Below are positions 37,781 through 50,436 of a stretch of 52,265 nucleotides of DNA, piece after piece; positions within the stretch are counted from its first letter, which is position 1; every line of letters begins with the position of its first letter. The DNA lies in assembly GCA_032718475.1 (NCBI GenBank), contig JAUCBJ010006579.1, positions 1-52,265 on the forward strand, given 5' to 3'. The DNA is from Nemertoderma westbladi. Taxonomy: Eukaryota; Animalia; Xenacoelomorpha. The notes below the pieces were generated by a model. That model was not told where the DNA came from and did not search any database. It worked only from the letters and a program-made list of their open reading frames with translations. Both the position numbers and the translations under genes were made by a program.

Positions 37781-38214
37781 AACTGTATAAAATACAAAAT
37801 AATAATACGAAAACCAGTTCACTCTTCACAGTACCGTACATCAGACAGTCAGAACCAGATAATAGGTTGAGGTAAGTTTCACCGACACTACCCAAACAGA
37901 ACAAGACTGATAGACTGAAATCAGGTAAACTGATAAATATTTGTAGACCTTCCGGTCCCGGCATACAGTAGCAGTATTGTGCACCATCTTGATGACATTG
38001 CGGGTATGGAAGCATTTTTATTAAGTTCTTGGTTGGGAATTTATATATCATATCCTACTTATATATTCGGGATTACTGGGATACATTATACTGCATAAGT
38101 ATAATGAATGTATCTTTGTAATCTGTTTTGTGGTGTACTCTAGTTACTTTATTATAGTTACTGTTATTGTAGTTACTGCTACTTGTTGTAGTTATTTTTT
38201 ATCACTTTATTATT

Positions 38215-38925
38215 TTTGCTCATTGTTGCTCATCATTTTTTTCTCGTTGTTGTACTTTATGTCGTTGTCGTTGTTGCTCATTGTTGCTCATTGTTGCTCG
38301 TTGTTGCTCGTTGTTGCTCATTGTTGCTCATTGTTGCTCGTTGTTGGTCATCGTTGCTCATTGTTGTACTTTATTATTGCTCATTGTTGCTCGTTGTGGC
38401 TCATTGTTGCTCGTTGTTGCTCATTGTTGCTCATTGTTGCTCGTTGTTGCTCATTGTTGCTCGTTATTGTACTTTATTATTGCTCATAGTTGCTCATTGT
38501 TGCTCATTGTTGCTCGTTGTTGCTCATTGTTACTCATTGTTGCTCATTGTTGGTCATTGTTGCTCGTTGTTGGTCATTGTTGCTCATTGTTGTACTTTAT
38601 TATTGCTCATTGTTGCTCGTTGTGCTCATTGTTGCTCATTGTTGCTCGTTGTTGCTCGGTGTTGCTCGTTGTTGCTCATTGTTGCTCGTTGATGCTCATT
38701 GTTGCTCGTTGTTGGTCATTGTTGCTCATTGTTGTACTTTATTATTGCTCATTGTTGCTCGTTGTTGCTCATTGTTGCTCGTTGTTGCCCATTGTTCCTC
38801 ATTGTTGGTCATTGTTGCTCATTGTTGCTCGTTGTTGCTCATTGTTGCTCGTTGTTGCTCATTGTTGGTCGTTGTTGCTCGTTGTTGCTCATTGTTGCTC
38901 GTTGTTGGTCATTGTTGCTCGTTGT
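38215..38925 (-). repeat. 10-bp satellite, right arm (inverted)
   Basis: (TGCTC(A/G)TTGT)n with the ACTTTATTAT variant; reverse complement of the left arm. Confidence 0.97.
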
Positions 38926-39026
38926 GCATTTTAGCACCTACAGTACCTTGATACAGTGATACTGTAGGTAATATTGTTGTCATCAATAATCCCACCAATG
39001 CGATGCCCAACTGTACGGTCCCTGAT

Positions 39027-39180
39027 TTGTATGGTTGCTGATTTGGGCCAATAAGATTAAGGTTTTTTTTTCTGGGTGTTGATAATATTATCACCCGGGG
39101 GATAATAATATCACCCGGGGGATAATATTATCACCCAGAAAAAAATCCTAATCTAATTGGCCCAAATTAGCCACCGTACA
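39027..39180. mobile_element. Small hairpin/MITE-like palindrome
   Basis: TGTATGG...ATTTGGGCCAAT.AGATTA.G.TTTTTTTCTGGGTG pairs with CACCCAGAAAAAAATCCTAATCTAATTGGCCCAAAT...CCGTACA; centre has three GATAAT(A/T)..TATCACCC units. Confidence 0.7.
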
Positions 39181-39880
39181 ACTGCCATCATTGAGGATTG
39201 TCCTAAAAGTGACCAAATTCTACCCCGGATAGGATAATGGCCTTATACAGTTATCTGTAAAAGCAATACGATTTTCGATCCCCCAGCTCTGCCGTGCAAT
39301 GTAAAAAGACCGCAAATCGATTTTTTCCAAAATTCACTTTTTCTGGGTCTAAAAAATGCGCTCTATCTAATGGTATAATCAAGAACACCGTATCTACTCT
39401 AGTTCTCGTGATATGCAATGTAGAAAGGCCTTAATTCACAACATACAGTATGTATATGTTACAATGGTAAAAGACCGTAAGTGCAATACAAAAGACCGCA
39501 ACAACTTAAATTAATGCAAAACACCGCAAGTCACAAGACTTGCGGTGTTTTGTCATTGCATAGATAATAAGAAAACGCACATACGGTTTTATTGAAATTT
39601 GTGTCTTTTGACTTGCGGTTTTTTACTATTAGCAGAAAAGGCGCGAAATTCAAAATTTAAATTTCACCAAGTGACTTGCGGTGTTTTATCATCATATACT
39701 GTAGCTCTATGCTACCTGCTGAGAATAGACATTGCAATTATTGCATTAAGATAAACCTTAAGGTAAACGTCACTACATTTTAATATTTAATTATGATTAT
39801 ATATCCTTGTAGCGGTAACAGTTTATTTCTCATAATATTTATTGCGTAATGTTGATTGATGATAATAGTAAAATACTATA

Positions 39881-41048
39881 CAGTCCCGCTCTCAAAAAGC
39901 ATTCCTTTGATCAAATATTGATCAAAATTTGATCAAATATTGATCAAAGTTTGATCAAAATGTGTCCATAGAGTAGCATTGAAAGTAGAATTGACATTGA
40001 AATGACCTTGATGGCATATTGAAATGACCCTGAAATCGACGGACCGAAATTCCAGACTGTCTCATATTGAAATGTAAAGGTGACAGTTTGCATCTCTCTT
40101 CTGCGGCATGCCTTTGTACTTAGATTCCCGCCAAGAACTGGTTTTTGTTAATGGCCAAGCCGCGATGTGATTGACATGGCGGCGGATGGAGCTTGCTTGA
40201 TTTTGCGTGGATGGACAGCGATTAGATTTACAAGGCAGTATTGTGGTAGTGTCAGACTCAGACTGAGTCTTGTAGGGCCTATTATTACACTAACAACTAG
40301 TTAAGAAAACAGCCCTTGGAATATTTTTAAATTATTATTTATTATAAATTTGTTTTAATGTTCAATCAGAATCATGGCCAAAGATCTCCATTGGCGTAGC
40401 AGCGCGATAAATTCATAAAATATATTTTTAATTATAATTTAATTATACATAACTGTGTGATCATAATAAATTCACGTAATTTAGAAATAGTAAGCTAGAA
40501 ATCATTAGATTTTAAATCTGGTTAACATTATTGTAATCATATTTATTTAAATATTAAAAATCAAATTGGGTTATTAATACTTATTAAATTCTACTCATTC
40601 ATTTTTAATTGATGGAGGGTTTTAACCATCCGGCCGTCACACTTGACAACACAGGTCGTTGTAAAGACAAGACATTCAATATTACCACAGTTAATCCCAT
40701 CCCCTCGCCGTTACTACAGTATATCATTGTACAAGCTGCGGACCTGCACACACACCCACCCCCCACCCACACACTACCCCATTATAATGTGTTGTAGGTA
40801 GACATCCACCCAACCCATTGCGTAACTCAAAATAAACTCCACACAGCCCATACCCACCGCCCTTGCTTTTATTACCGCCAAGTGGAGATTCAATAAATTG
40901 TGGCTGTTTATTTTCTGCTAATCGCGGTGAATTATTATAAACTAGGCGGTCAGGTATAAATAACGGTTACAGATTACAAACCTATGGTATGATATGGACG
41001 TGGTGTCCTGTGTGCTCTGCAGACATCCTACAGAGCACATGGAGCATT

Positions 41049-41085
<37 letters not shown>

Positions 41086-41281
41086 TAGGGCTGCTTGATT
41101 GACACACGGCTCAGTGGGAATCTAGACTTTGAAGTGCAGCGCCTTTGGTAGAACTCAATGGCAGGATTTATAAGCCTGGTACATTTCAATATTTGATCAA
41201 ATTTTGATCAAAGTTTGATCAAATTTTGATCAAAGTTTGATCAATGTTTGATCAAAGGAATGCTTTTTGAGAGCGGGACTG
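39881..41281. mobile_element. Non-autonomous Tc1/mariner-pogo-type DNA transposon (1401 bp)
   Basis: Perfect 35-bp TIR CAGTCCCGCTCTCAAAAAGCATTCCTTTGATCAAA, TA on both sides, subterminal TTGATCAA palindrome arrays; no transposase. Confidence 0.9.
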
Positions 41282-41587
41282 TAGCACTGACCTATTTCTC
41301 TATAATTAAATTTTTTAATTTTTTGTAATTCATCTGTATCTTTGAGTCAGGTTTATTGGGAACCCCGAGATTTTGTGACTTTTACTAAAATTTAATGGAC
41401 TAACCAATAGAATAAACGCCATTTACTTGGCTATGTTCGTTTACGTGCTGTGGTCCCTTTCTGGCACCAATCTGCAGTATTTTTTGTGAAAATTCGTGAA
41501 AATTAGTGAAGAATTATTGTATTTAAGGTATATGGAGCCGCTTTCTTATGATATCAAAGTTTCCCGCCTGTCTACCCAGACCATAGT

Positions 41588-42112
41588 TTATCTCCCGAAA
41601 GGAATCGTTTTCCCGCACGGTCGGAATGCAGGTCGTTCCCTTACATTCCCCGCAGATAGGGAACGATGGAGGCTCGGTTCCGAAACTTTCCTGTTCATCC
41701 ACTTATCGTATGCGTTCCGCGCCTCCGTGTTCCTATCGTTCTGCTCTCGTTGAATCCGACTGCTCTTTAATCTTTCGTTTTCTCTCCGTTTTCTCCTGTC
41801 CTCATGTATCTGAATATCTTTCTTCCTTTGCCATTCGCCCACTTGATTTTTGGAAACTTTCACCTTATTGGTTGTTTCAACTTTCCGATGAATTTCTTTA
41901 TCTTTTTTCTCTCGATTACTTTCTTTTTTTGTAATTTTAATAGTTTCATCTTTTCTCTCTTTCCATTTCTCGAATGATTTTTTGCCTTGAAAGGCTTTCA
42001 GTTCGGCATCTGATTTCGTTTTTGCTTCCTCTTCTTTTAAAGTCAATGTTTTCGTTTTATTCGTCTTTACCAGAACTACGTCTTTAGACTTCTTCCAAGT
42101 TTCATAAGCCGT
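41588..42112 (-). CDS. MAP9: Terminal exon of a MAP9 (ASAP)-like microtubule-associated protein
   Basis: Strong acceptor TACTTTTCTTGTTTTCAG ending at 42113, in frame with ORF 41588-42046; K/E-rich helix with repeated AYETWKK/SFEKWKERK/AYDKWMNRK and C-terminal PAFRPCGKTIPFGR. Upstream exons not found in the window. Confidence 0.7.
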   Translation of the reverse strand, partial: TAYETWKKSKDVVLVKTNKTKTLTLKEEEAKTKSDAELKAFQGKKSFEKWKERKDETIKITKKESNREKKDKEIHRKVETTNKVKVSKNQVGEWQRKKDIQIHEDRRKRRENERLKSSRIQREQNDRNTEARNAYDKWMNRKVSEPSLHRSLSAGNVRERPAFRPCGKTIPFGR

Positions 42113-42199
42113 CTGAAAACAAGAAAAGTAATATTCAGTAACAATAAATAACTAATTATAGAATTTTACACTGTCAATAAATATTGGCAGATTAGGTTT

Positions 42200-42265
42200 T
42201 GGAGTCCAAGTAGGGTCGAATCGACGACCCACAGGTTAGAAATCCAGTGACCTAACCATTCCGAG
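42200..42265 (-). other. Degenerate tRNA-like fragment (SINE head or pseudo-tRNA)
   Basis: Minus strand CGGAATGGTTAGGTCACTGGATTTCTAACCTGTGGGTCGTCGATTCGACCC has A/B-box-like spacing but imperfect stems. Confidence 0.4.
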
Positions 42266-43417
42266 AGAAATTCATGCAAAAGGAGGACCTGGAAATACCC
42301 ACATTAGGCGGCGCGTCAACAAAATTGATATGTAATTTTACCCCCTTAAAAACCTTTCAAAACGATTTACTCTAACTTGAAACATTACTTAATGCCGAAG
42401 TTGAACTTTGTGTAGGTAATGTTGATTTTTCCAATTTTACTATAATGCCCTTTATCATACAGGTCTGCCACTAATACTGATTGTACTAGAGAATGCGACC
42501 GGCCAAAGGAATTACGTACAAACAACCCTCTCGCTAGTAGTAGAAGAATATGGTTCCTACCGAAAGTCCTCTCTATGCTTTTCAAGGGACATTCCATTGG
42601 GAGGGCTATTGAAATCCACTCAATTCCTCCTCTACGGTGACCATCTGCTGCTCGCATCATACAGTTGAAAGAATCGATAATCGAAAATAATCATCATCGT
42701 CATATAGCGAGCAATGGAGCTAGCCTGCTAACCAACAACCATTCCTTACTACATTAACTACGTTGCGCCACGTTACCCATCGTATCATATCATATCATAT
42801 CGTCGTTCGCTGCCCCGTCTTATATTGTATTACATACTAAGCAAACTATAAAGCCAGTTATACACCCGCAATGCAACGTGTCATCCCATCTATCACACAC
42901 ACACTATGCTACGCTGTACTGTGCTATTATACTGAACTTTTTAGCGGCTATTGATTACAACTCAATGACTATTTCATTCCCGAATTGATAATAATAAAAA
43001 TAATAATCATATAGCAAGCAAGCTAACCAACAACACCCTACAGTATAATCTTAACTACGCGTAGCTGCGTTGCCACGTTATCAATTTACGAGTTATATAA
43101 TCTTAACTATGTGTCGCTGCCTATCCTACTGTAGCTGCGTTGCCAAGTTATCAATTTACGAGTCATACCTATTGTATTACATGTATTTAATTTATGGGTA
43201 TATTATATTGTAGTGTTTTACACATTGTTGGTGCCACGTTTCTTTTTTTATTTTATTTTTTATAGCATTACAATTCACCATTCGTTGTTCCCTATGGGTT
43301 TTATTTTGAAAATATCCTATATAATCTCTTACTTTAATCACAATTAATCATTTATAATGGTTTTAGTTTAAAAGTTTTTACTTTGTTTGATTTACAATAA
43401 AATAAATTTTAAAAATA

Positions 43418-43726
43418 ATGTCTTCCGATATGGATATGCCAATAGTAAGACATTCATTTTTTTCAGAAGATGGTGAGCCGTGTATTATTATTGATTATAC
43501 TATTTCCCGTCGAGGTGATGATAATTATAAAATCGTTTTTTCTGAAAAAGTGAGGAAAGTTTTAAGTACAATCGATATTGAGGCTTCTGAAAATTATATT
43601 CATCTCTTAGATTACAACCAAAAAGATGATCACGGAGGAAAATTAATCAACATCTTAATATTATCGATAATAGACGAGTTAATTGTTATTACACAATACA
43701 ACGGGGGTGGTGAAAAGGGCTCATAG
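43418..43726 (+). CDS. Hypothetical 102-aa ORF, possibly part of the Maverick remnant
   Basis: ATG after an AT-rich leader (AAAAATAATG), protein-like composition, same strand as the downstream ATPase; no motif recognised. Confidence 0.3.
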   Translation: MSSDMDMPIVRHSFFSEDGEPCIIIDYTISRRGDDNYKIVFSEKVRKVLSTIDIEASENYIHLLDYNQKDDHGGKLINILILSIIDELIVITQYNGGGEKGS

Positions 43727-44984
43727 TGCTTTCATATGTTAATTAAATATACAGTACTAATACTGCAGTTGCACCAATTATTGTTATATACATACAGTCC
43801 TAATCCCAATAAACATTAACTTGGTCATTTTGGCGGCCAAAACGACCAAAATGGCCAAATTTGCGGCATTCATGAAAGGAACTTCTGAGGCAAGTTGGCT
43901 TGTCAATCACAGCCAGTGAATGGAGGCTGAGTGTAAGTAAAGCCCAGGATGTTGGCAGATAGAAAAAGGCTTCGATTTCCGGACATTGCCTCCCCACCCC
44001 CCCCCCCCCCCCCCCCCCCGGACATTCCCTCCCCAACCCCCCACCCCCCCGGACAGTTCCGTTCCGTTCGAGTAGGACACTACTGTTTTATATTTCCCAC
44101 GTTTATTTTTCATTTTGTAAGGTAAACGGACCGCTTGTATCCAGACAAGTTGTACAGTATCCAATTTCCCTTTCTTAGCTCAGAAATTTATATTTTGCAT
44201 CCCGATTTTACATTTTGTATCCACGTTTTATTTATGGATTTCATCAATTCAATTACACTGTATTGTTTGCTAATCTTTAAACAATTACAGTAATTAGATG
44301 ACCTATATATTCCATCCCCCGAATGATATACTGTTTTGTTTACTAGAGTTATAATAATTATGTAACAGTTTTAATTATGAGTATTATTATCTAATTGAGT
44401 TCTTCAAATAGAAGCAGATGGGGTTGACTATTATTGATGCAATCAAAATTTATACCTCTCCAGGGGAAAATCGACATGCGTAGACCTGTATTCTGTGTTC
44501 AGCATTACATATTGATAAACTAATTACATTTCCTGTTTACTTGCAATATTTTAAATATGATTTTGTTGAATTATATAATATTATAGTAATTGTTATATTA
44601 ATTTGGGAGAGAGGGGTGGAAACTGGACGATTATCCTTCCCCTATTCATTTCAATGGTAGCCAGCTTGTCTTTCCCGCACTGGGGGTAGACCATTGCCAT
44701 TGGTTAGCTGTATGCTATTGTAATACAAAGAGAGCGGCAGGATAAAGAGAAATGCCGACCTCACTAATAATGGGCTGGTTGTTTGTCCCACATGTCACTT
44801 TAAGGTAGGGGGTACAGTAGGTACTACAGTTTACATGTTCAAGGGCGCCAGTCCCTAGTCGCTAGCCCATAGTCTGTCATGGAGTTCCTGTAGTAGTTTC
44901 AGACGCTTTCACTCAGTATCCTAGTGTCCAGGAAGTTGGGAGTTGAGTGTGGGTGGGTGGATTGGTGGCCCCCACGCAACACCG

Positions 44985-45406
44985 CATTGTCGGGGACTAC
45001 AAAACAAAGACCAACGACCCAAATAATAAAGACCTGTACAAATACAAAACACATGGTGTTAACTTTCGATTATTGTTTTGGTTTCCCAACACGCCTCTGT
45101 ACTGTAACCTGCTTCTTTACTAACCTGCTCCTTTAAATGGCAATGTGACCTCACGCTCTCTGGCAATGGGACCTAAAGCTCTTTGGAACCTAACGCTCTT
45201 TGGGACGTAACGCGACTTTACCTCTTTGTTTTGTACAGGTCACAATGAGCGTTATGTACCATTGCTATTTAAAGGAGCAGGTTAGTAAAGGAGCAAGTTA
45301 CAGAGGCGTGACGGGGGATTCAAAACAATTAACGAAAGTTAACACATGTAACAAGATTATGCAGGTCTTTATAATTGGGTCTTTGTTTTGTAGTCACCCC
45401 GCAGTG
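44985..45406. mobile_element. Long-TIR MITE (arms ~150-160 bp) nested in the previous element
   Basis: GACTACAAAACAAAGACC...ACTAACCTGCTCCTTTAAATGGCAATG is mirrored by CATTGCTATTTAAAGGAGCAGGTTAGT...GGTCTTTGTTTTGTAGTC. Confidence 0.8.
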
Positions 45407-45473
45407 TCCGCGAATTATACATTGTAAAAAAATATAAAAAAAAAATGTTATTATAAAAAAAAATATTATTGAA

Positions 45474-45712
45474 GTTAATTTCCGAAATTAACATCCCGAA
45501 ATTAATTTATGGACGTCCATTAATTAGTTATTTCATTTACGATTCTGATTGGTTGATGGATTAATTTCGGGACGTCCATAAATTAATTTCGGGATGTCCA
45601 TAAGTTAATTTCGGGACGTCCATAAGTTAATTTCGGGACGTCCATATAGTTAATTTCGGGACGTCCATAAATTAATTTCGGGACGTCCATAAATTAATTT
45701 CAGGACGTTCAG
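45474..45712. repeat. 22-bp minisatellite (7 copies) with inverted partial copies upstream
   Basis: TTAATTTCGGGACGTCCATAA(A/G) from 45561; CCCGAAATTAATTTATGGACGTCC at ~45495. Confidence 0.9.
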
Positions 45713-46121
45713 ATTATTATACATACTCCTCCTTTAACGAAGCCCCATTTAACTCCTTTTATAAGACTGTTTACTCTATCAATGCCTCAGTGGGCGGACT
45801 CCAGTACTGCAAGGCTCAGCGCCGGGTAAGTTAACAATCTGTCAATAATAAAAATGAAAGCGAGCCGACATTTAGTCAGATCCACCAAATGGATGGCCAA
45901 GGAGACAAACTGTCTGGATTGAGCTGATTCGAGTTAAATCGCTTCGCCAAAACGACCAAGTAGCCCATAGGAATACACTAAATTTTTTTGGTGATTTTGG
46001 TCATTTTGGCCGCCAAAACGACCAAGTTAATGTTTATTGGGATTGGGACTGTAGTAATGGTGTTGGTTCTTTATATTATATTATATTATATTATATTATT
46101 GATATATCTTAATAATAATAA

Positions 46122-46570
46122 ATGGCTGGCTTTAATGCAGGACCATATCATTTAAATTTTCGAATGGGAACAAGCATGATTATTTCAGGGCCTTCTGGTT
46201 CGGGTAAATCTACCTTTGTCGGCGACTTAATCAAACACAAGAATGGCTGTTTCAAGGAATCCCCTTGCGAGTATTGTATTGTTACGGGGGCAATCCTCCG
46301 ACTATTCCTGGTATTACCCACTTTTACAAAAGGTTACCAAATAGTTTAGTAAATAGTCTAGATTTATTAATTAGAGATGATTTATTAACAGAAACTAAGT
46401 CCAGTACAGCCTTAACTGTATTACCGGGCAGACAAAATTTTTAGTAGATTCCTATCAAGATGCGACTATTGCCCCATTTTCATATTTCGTAATTGATTTA
46501 CATCAGGAAACACCCAAACATTTAAGATTTAGATTGGATATATTTCGTAATCATAATTGTTACATTAAAA
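46122..46570 (+). pseudogene. Maverick/Polinton packaging ATPase (A32/FtsK-like), frameshifted and internally deleted
   Basis: Walker A IISGPSGSGKSTFV; after a frameshift RVLYCYG and Walker B LLIRDDLL; C-terminal SYQDATIAPFSYFVIDLHQETPKHLRFRLDIF. Confidence 0.85.
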
Positions 46571-46599
46571 ATTACATTGACTATAAACGTAGCGACTAT

Positions 46600-46932
46600 A
46601 AACGAAACATACGCAGTGCTACCCCTCTACATAGAACTTATTTTATTAACCATACCGCGAGTAACAAATTAATACGCCTCATTGTAAATACAGCTTTAAA
46701 TGTTCTAAAAGGTAACGTACAATTGACCCCCAATTCATTTAGAAATATTCGTCGTTATAAAAAGGTATTAAAATCACTCAATAGGAATACAAAAAATATA
46801 TTAAGTTACAGAAAAAAGTTAACCAATCAATCTGGAGATATACTTCCGTTTCTACCTGCTTGGCATTGGCGCGAAACTTGCGGAGGGGGCTGCCGCTGCG
46901 GCTGCCAGTACGGCTATTGCGAAAAAAATTAA
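46600..46932 (+). pseudogene. Small basic Maverick-associated protein (NVLKGNV...QxGG-type)
   Basis: LIVNTALNVLKGNVQLTP...YKKVLKSL...KKLTNQSGDILPFL resembles the small basic ORF found next to the ATPase in animal Mavericks (from memory, not searched). Confidence 0.6.
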
Positions 46933-47184
46933 CCGAGGTCAGTAATAATAATGGTTAAAACGGAAGTAACATTTAGAAAAGTATACTTAGTATCGAGTAA
47001 ACTGTTAGCTACTGTTTACCTCAAGACCTCAAGATATATCTAGAGTAAATACAAAAAGAAAAAAAATATCATCATCATCAACTTCAAAGAAAATTCAAAA
47101 TTTAAGCTGTTTTTACGGTGATGCCCTTTCTAAGGGATTTGAATATACATATTACTTGCGGTTGTCGAAAAGATGCCTCGCAAG

Positions 47185-47310
47185 ATGAAACCGATTTTAA
47201 GCCGGAGCTTAGACAAAAAACTGTTAAGAGTTTATTCAGATCCTTCGTCACCTGCGGGCTTTGCAAGTATCACAAAATTAGCAAAAGCAGCAAACATCAA
47301 ACTATTAAAC
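47185..47310 (+). pseudogene. N-terminal fragment of a Maverick retroviral-like integrase
   Basis: Frame not in the ORF track: MKPILSRSLDKKLLRVYSDPSSPAGFASITKLAKAA resembles the YYDP..PGSFGG..KL start of Maverick integrases; catalytic core absent. Confidence 0.55.
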
Positions 47311-48439
47311 CATACTATGCTTTTTTGTTTTTGTTGAATTCATTATTAGTAATTGAAAGCAAGATTAGAAGCAAAATTTTCATTTTTTTATCAATAGATA
47401 GTAAAAGAGCACCAAAAGTGCAAGTAGCACTTTTTTCAAAAGTGATAAATTGGCCATACTGTTTGGCTACTGAGGTTTTAGATTTCTGATTTCATTGGGA
47501 AGGTTTATTCCTCTATGTCAAACATATCGAAGAGTTGTGTAATATAACAACATAGGCATGTTGTTATATTAGTTATTAGTCAATTATTTGTGCCCCTGGA
47601 GCACGAAAAGTAGTGAAACTATGATAATGAAAAATCACCACGAAAATAAATTGATTTTATGACCATGTGTTTTTTTTGGATGCTAATCACGAATATGACA
47701 CTGAAAAATATCCTACCTTGTTGATTACGGCTTTTTTGGATACGTGTCAATGTGCGGCACGAAAAAATAAAAGTGTCAATAACCATTGTCTATTAAATCC
47801 AAGACAAAGAGAATCGAACACTGTTAAGGTGGCCACGCAAATTGTCTTACTTGAGATCCTCCGAAAGGGCCTATATGTCTTTGGGGATTCAGATAGGAGT
47901 CCCGCCGGTTTAGGCAGAAGAATAAAGCTAGCGTTATGGTTCTTAAAGAATAACCGGCCTCCCAACCCCAAGTCCAGAGTAGCTTCATCTCTACATCAGA
48001 TAAAGAACTAATTGTACTCTCCTTCATGAATTTCGATGGATGATGGACGGTATATTCTTTTTACTGGTGGCCTCCGTGGAATTTGAGGCAGTTAGCACAC
48101 TGAAGTTGGAACAGATTCCGGGTTTACTGAATATATCGCCCATCCAAATGTACAAATGTCAGAATGTTAGTGGAAGCGGAAGGCCCTGGTGTCATCTGTT
48201 CTGTAGAAAAGCCTTGACTAGTCGAACTAAGTGTCACTGTAAACCGAGCGCGTGAGCAGCATCTATCAGTCTATACACACAGCACTATCCAACTAAAACT
48301 GTTCTGTTATGGCCTGCATACAGATTCAGATACTATGTCCAGACCAAAGATTAGGCCCCTGCGGTGCCGTGGCTGCCAGCCTTAGTAGAGGTGATAATAA
48401 CTATTCAAATAAATACAGGTACGGACGTAATCAGGTAAT

Positions 48440-50275
48440 GTAATAATATTATTATATTACATTATCTTTGTTTAATCTGACACTATAGGTACCACTAACC
48501 ACCTCTTGCGCAACACCGAGAGAGGAGAAACGTTAGCAATCGTACGAATAATGATGTTTTGTGAAACATCAATACGTCGTAGCAAAGAAAAAATATTACT
48601 TCTCTGCATAGCCCTAAAAGTATTGATCCTATTATTTACAAAAATTTCACTAGCGTCCTCAGTTCTAGAATATTTGAAAAGTGATCTAAAAGCAGTATTA
48701 TAAGCTACCTTAACCTTGCGCAAATTCTCAACACGAAATATAGACCAGAGTGAACAACAGTACATGCTGTAACAGTAGGATCTAAATAAGGTTAACTTTA
48801 CTTCATATGAACAATTCGAAAATAATCCAGCAATCTGGTTACCCCTACAATACATTGAGCACATTATACGTTTCATATCTGATTCATCGCTTAGATCACA
48901 AGTAATTGTATGACCAAGGTAAGTAACCTCCTTAACACAATGTAATAGTTTACCACAAAGATATACATCACCAGCACGGTTAATTCTATAAGGAAGAAAA
49001 TACATACAGTGAGATTTAAGCAGGTTAAATTCCATATCAAATTCCACCCCAAACTTTTCACAAATAGCAATTAACTTACATAGACCAAAAATGCTAGGGG
49101 ATAATAAACATAGATTGTCTGCATAAAAAAGATTATTAATAATAATGGAACCTACTTTGCAACCAACAAAAGAGTCGTTTAAATGTCTACTTAATTCCAT
49201 CATATAGATATTAAAGTGAAGAGGGCTGAGAAGGCTCCCCTGTCGTACACCATTAGTAACAGTGAAGACATCCGTGGAAGCACTACCCCATCTTACAAAA
49301 ATATATTGATTTGAATACCAAAACGAAAGAATTCGCACAATTGAAACCGGTACATTAATATCCAATAGCTGTCTAAACAATTTAAAATGATTTACCCGGT
49401 CAAACGCCTTAGACGCATCTAAGAACGCCGAATACACTGGAGATTCTCAACTGACATATAAATGAACAGTTTCTTTTAACGCAAAAATACACATTTCAGT
49501 GCCTAGAGCTGACTGAAAACCGAATTGATTATCAGTACATTTAGCACGACCCTTGATAAAAGGCAGTATACATGCCTCAAATACTTTCGATATCGCATTA
49601 GCAACAGCTATAGGTCTGTAATTAGTGAAATCAGAATAACTGGCATTCTTATTTTTAATTACAGGTAAAATACTAGAAGTAATAAAGCAATTAGGCAAAT
49701 AACCATGAACCAAAAAAGCATTAAATAATAGGGCTAACATTACTGACAAACGCGGCCCTGCAAAAATTAAACTTTCTGGAAAAATCCCATCCGGACCTGC
49801 AGTCTTTCCTTTAGAAAGACTCTGAACCGCCTCATAAACCATAAACGGAGTAATATGCACAGAATTAGAACCATCCCAATTATCAAACACACCTTTCACG
49901 TAAACAAAATCATCATCCTTACACGGCACTGAGTTAAAGATATGCTCATAATTACTCTTAAAAAGATCATCTATTTCCGGTTCGGAATTAGCACCACCAA
50001 CATTATTGGAACGTTTAATTTTTGCGTTATTTCGCGATCGCACTGAACTCCAAAAATCGTTTTTACTATCAATAAAAGACTGAGCTAATTTGTCGTCTCT
50101 GATAGACTGCACAGACCGATGACAATTACGCAATTTGAACTGCACGGTTGCACGCCGCTTCACGTCCCAAATAAAACCAAATCTCGGTCGCCCCTGCTCA
50201 CACCATATATGAAAGGCCTCCTGCGCCGCTTCATATTTTTCTTTAACAAACTCGTTCCAATCAGGAACAGCATTA
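48440..50275 (-). mobile_element. 5'-truncated non-LTR retrotransposon (RT pseudogene, clade not assigned)
   Basis: ORFs 49447-50163 and 48472-49437 joined by a frameshift: GKTAGPDGI, NYRPIAV, NQFGF, FLDASKAFDRVNH, GVRQGSLLSP, YADN (catalytic YADD mutated). Confidence 0.92.
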
Positions 50276-50436
50276 GTAGTCCTACCATTATAATAATACT
50301 GACCAGTGACATAATTCGGTTAAATCAGTATATAATGAATCTAAGAAATCTTGAATACAATTATTATTATTATTTGACTTTACGAATGTTTTCAAATGAC
50401 ATTTTGGTGGATCAATTAATTCACTGTTTGGAACAA

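Larger units (their letters stand above)
34828..38938. mobile_element. Foldback-type element with satellite-built inverted arms
   Basis: Unique matching ends TA|GGTGCTAAAATGCACAACGAGC... and ...GCTCGTTGTGCATTTTAGCACC|TA, followed inward by inverted 10-bp arrays; no transposase in the ~2.2-kb core. Confidence 0.8.
43795..46051. mobile_element. Non-autonomous Tc1/mariner-pogo-type DNA transposon (2257 bp) with nested repeats
   Basis: ~60-bp TIR CAGTCC(T/C)AATCCCAATAAACATTAACTTGGTC.TTTTGGCGGCCAAAA.GACCAAAAT; TA at 43793-43794 and 46052-46053. Confidence 0.9.

Noticed and set aside
34704-38959. Long Leu/Val/Cys-rich ORFs on both strands
   Set aside because: Translations of a stop-free 10-bp satellite, open in several frames at once.
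42385-42660. Minus-strand 91-aa ORF as an upstream MAP9 exon
   Set aside because: Composition is unlike the K/E-rich MAP9 and it ends in a stop rather than a clear donor.
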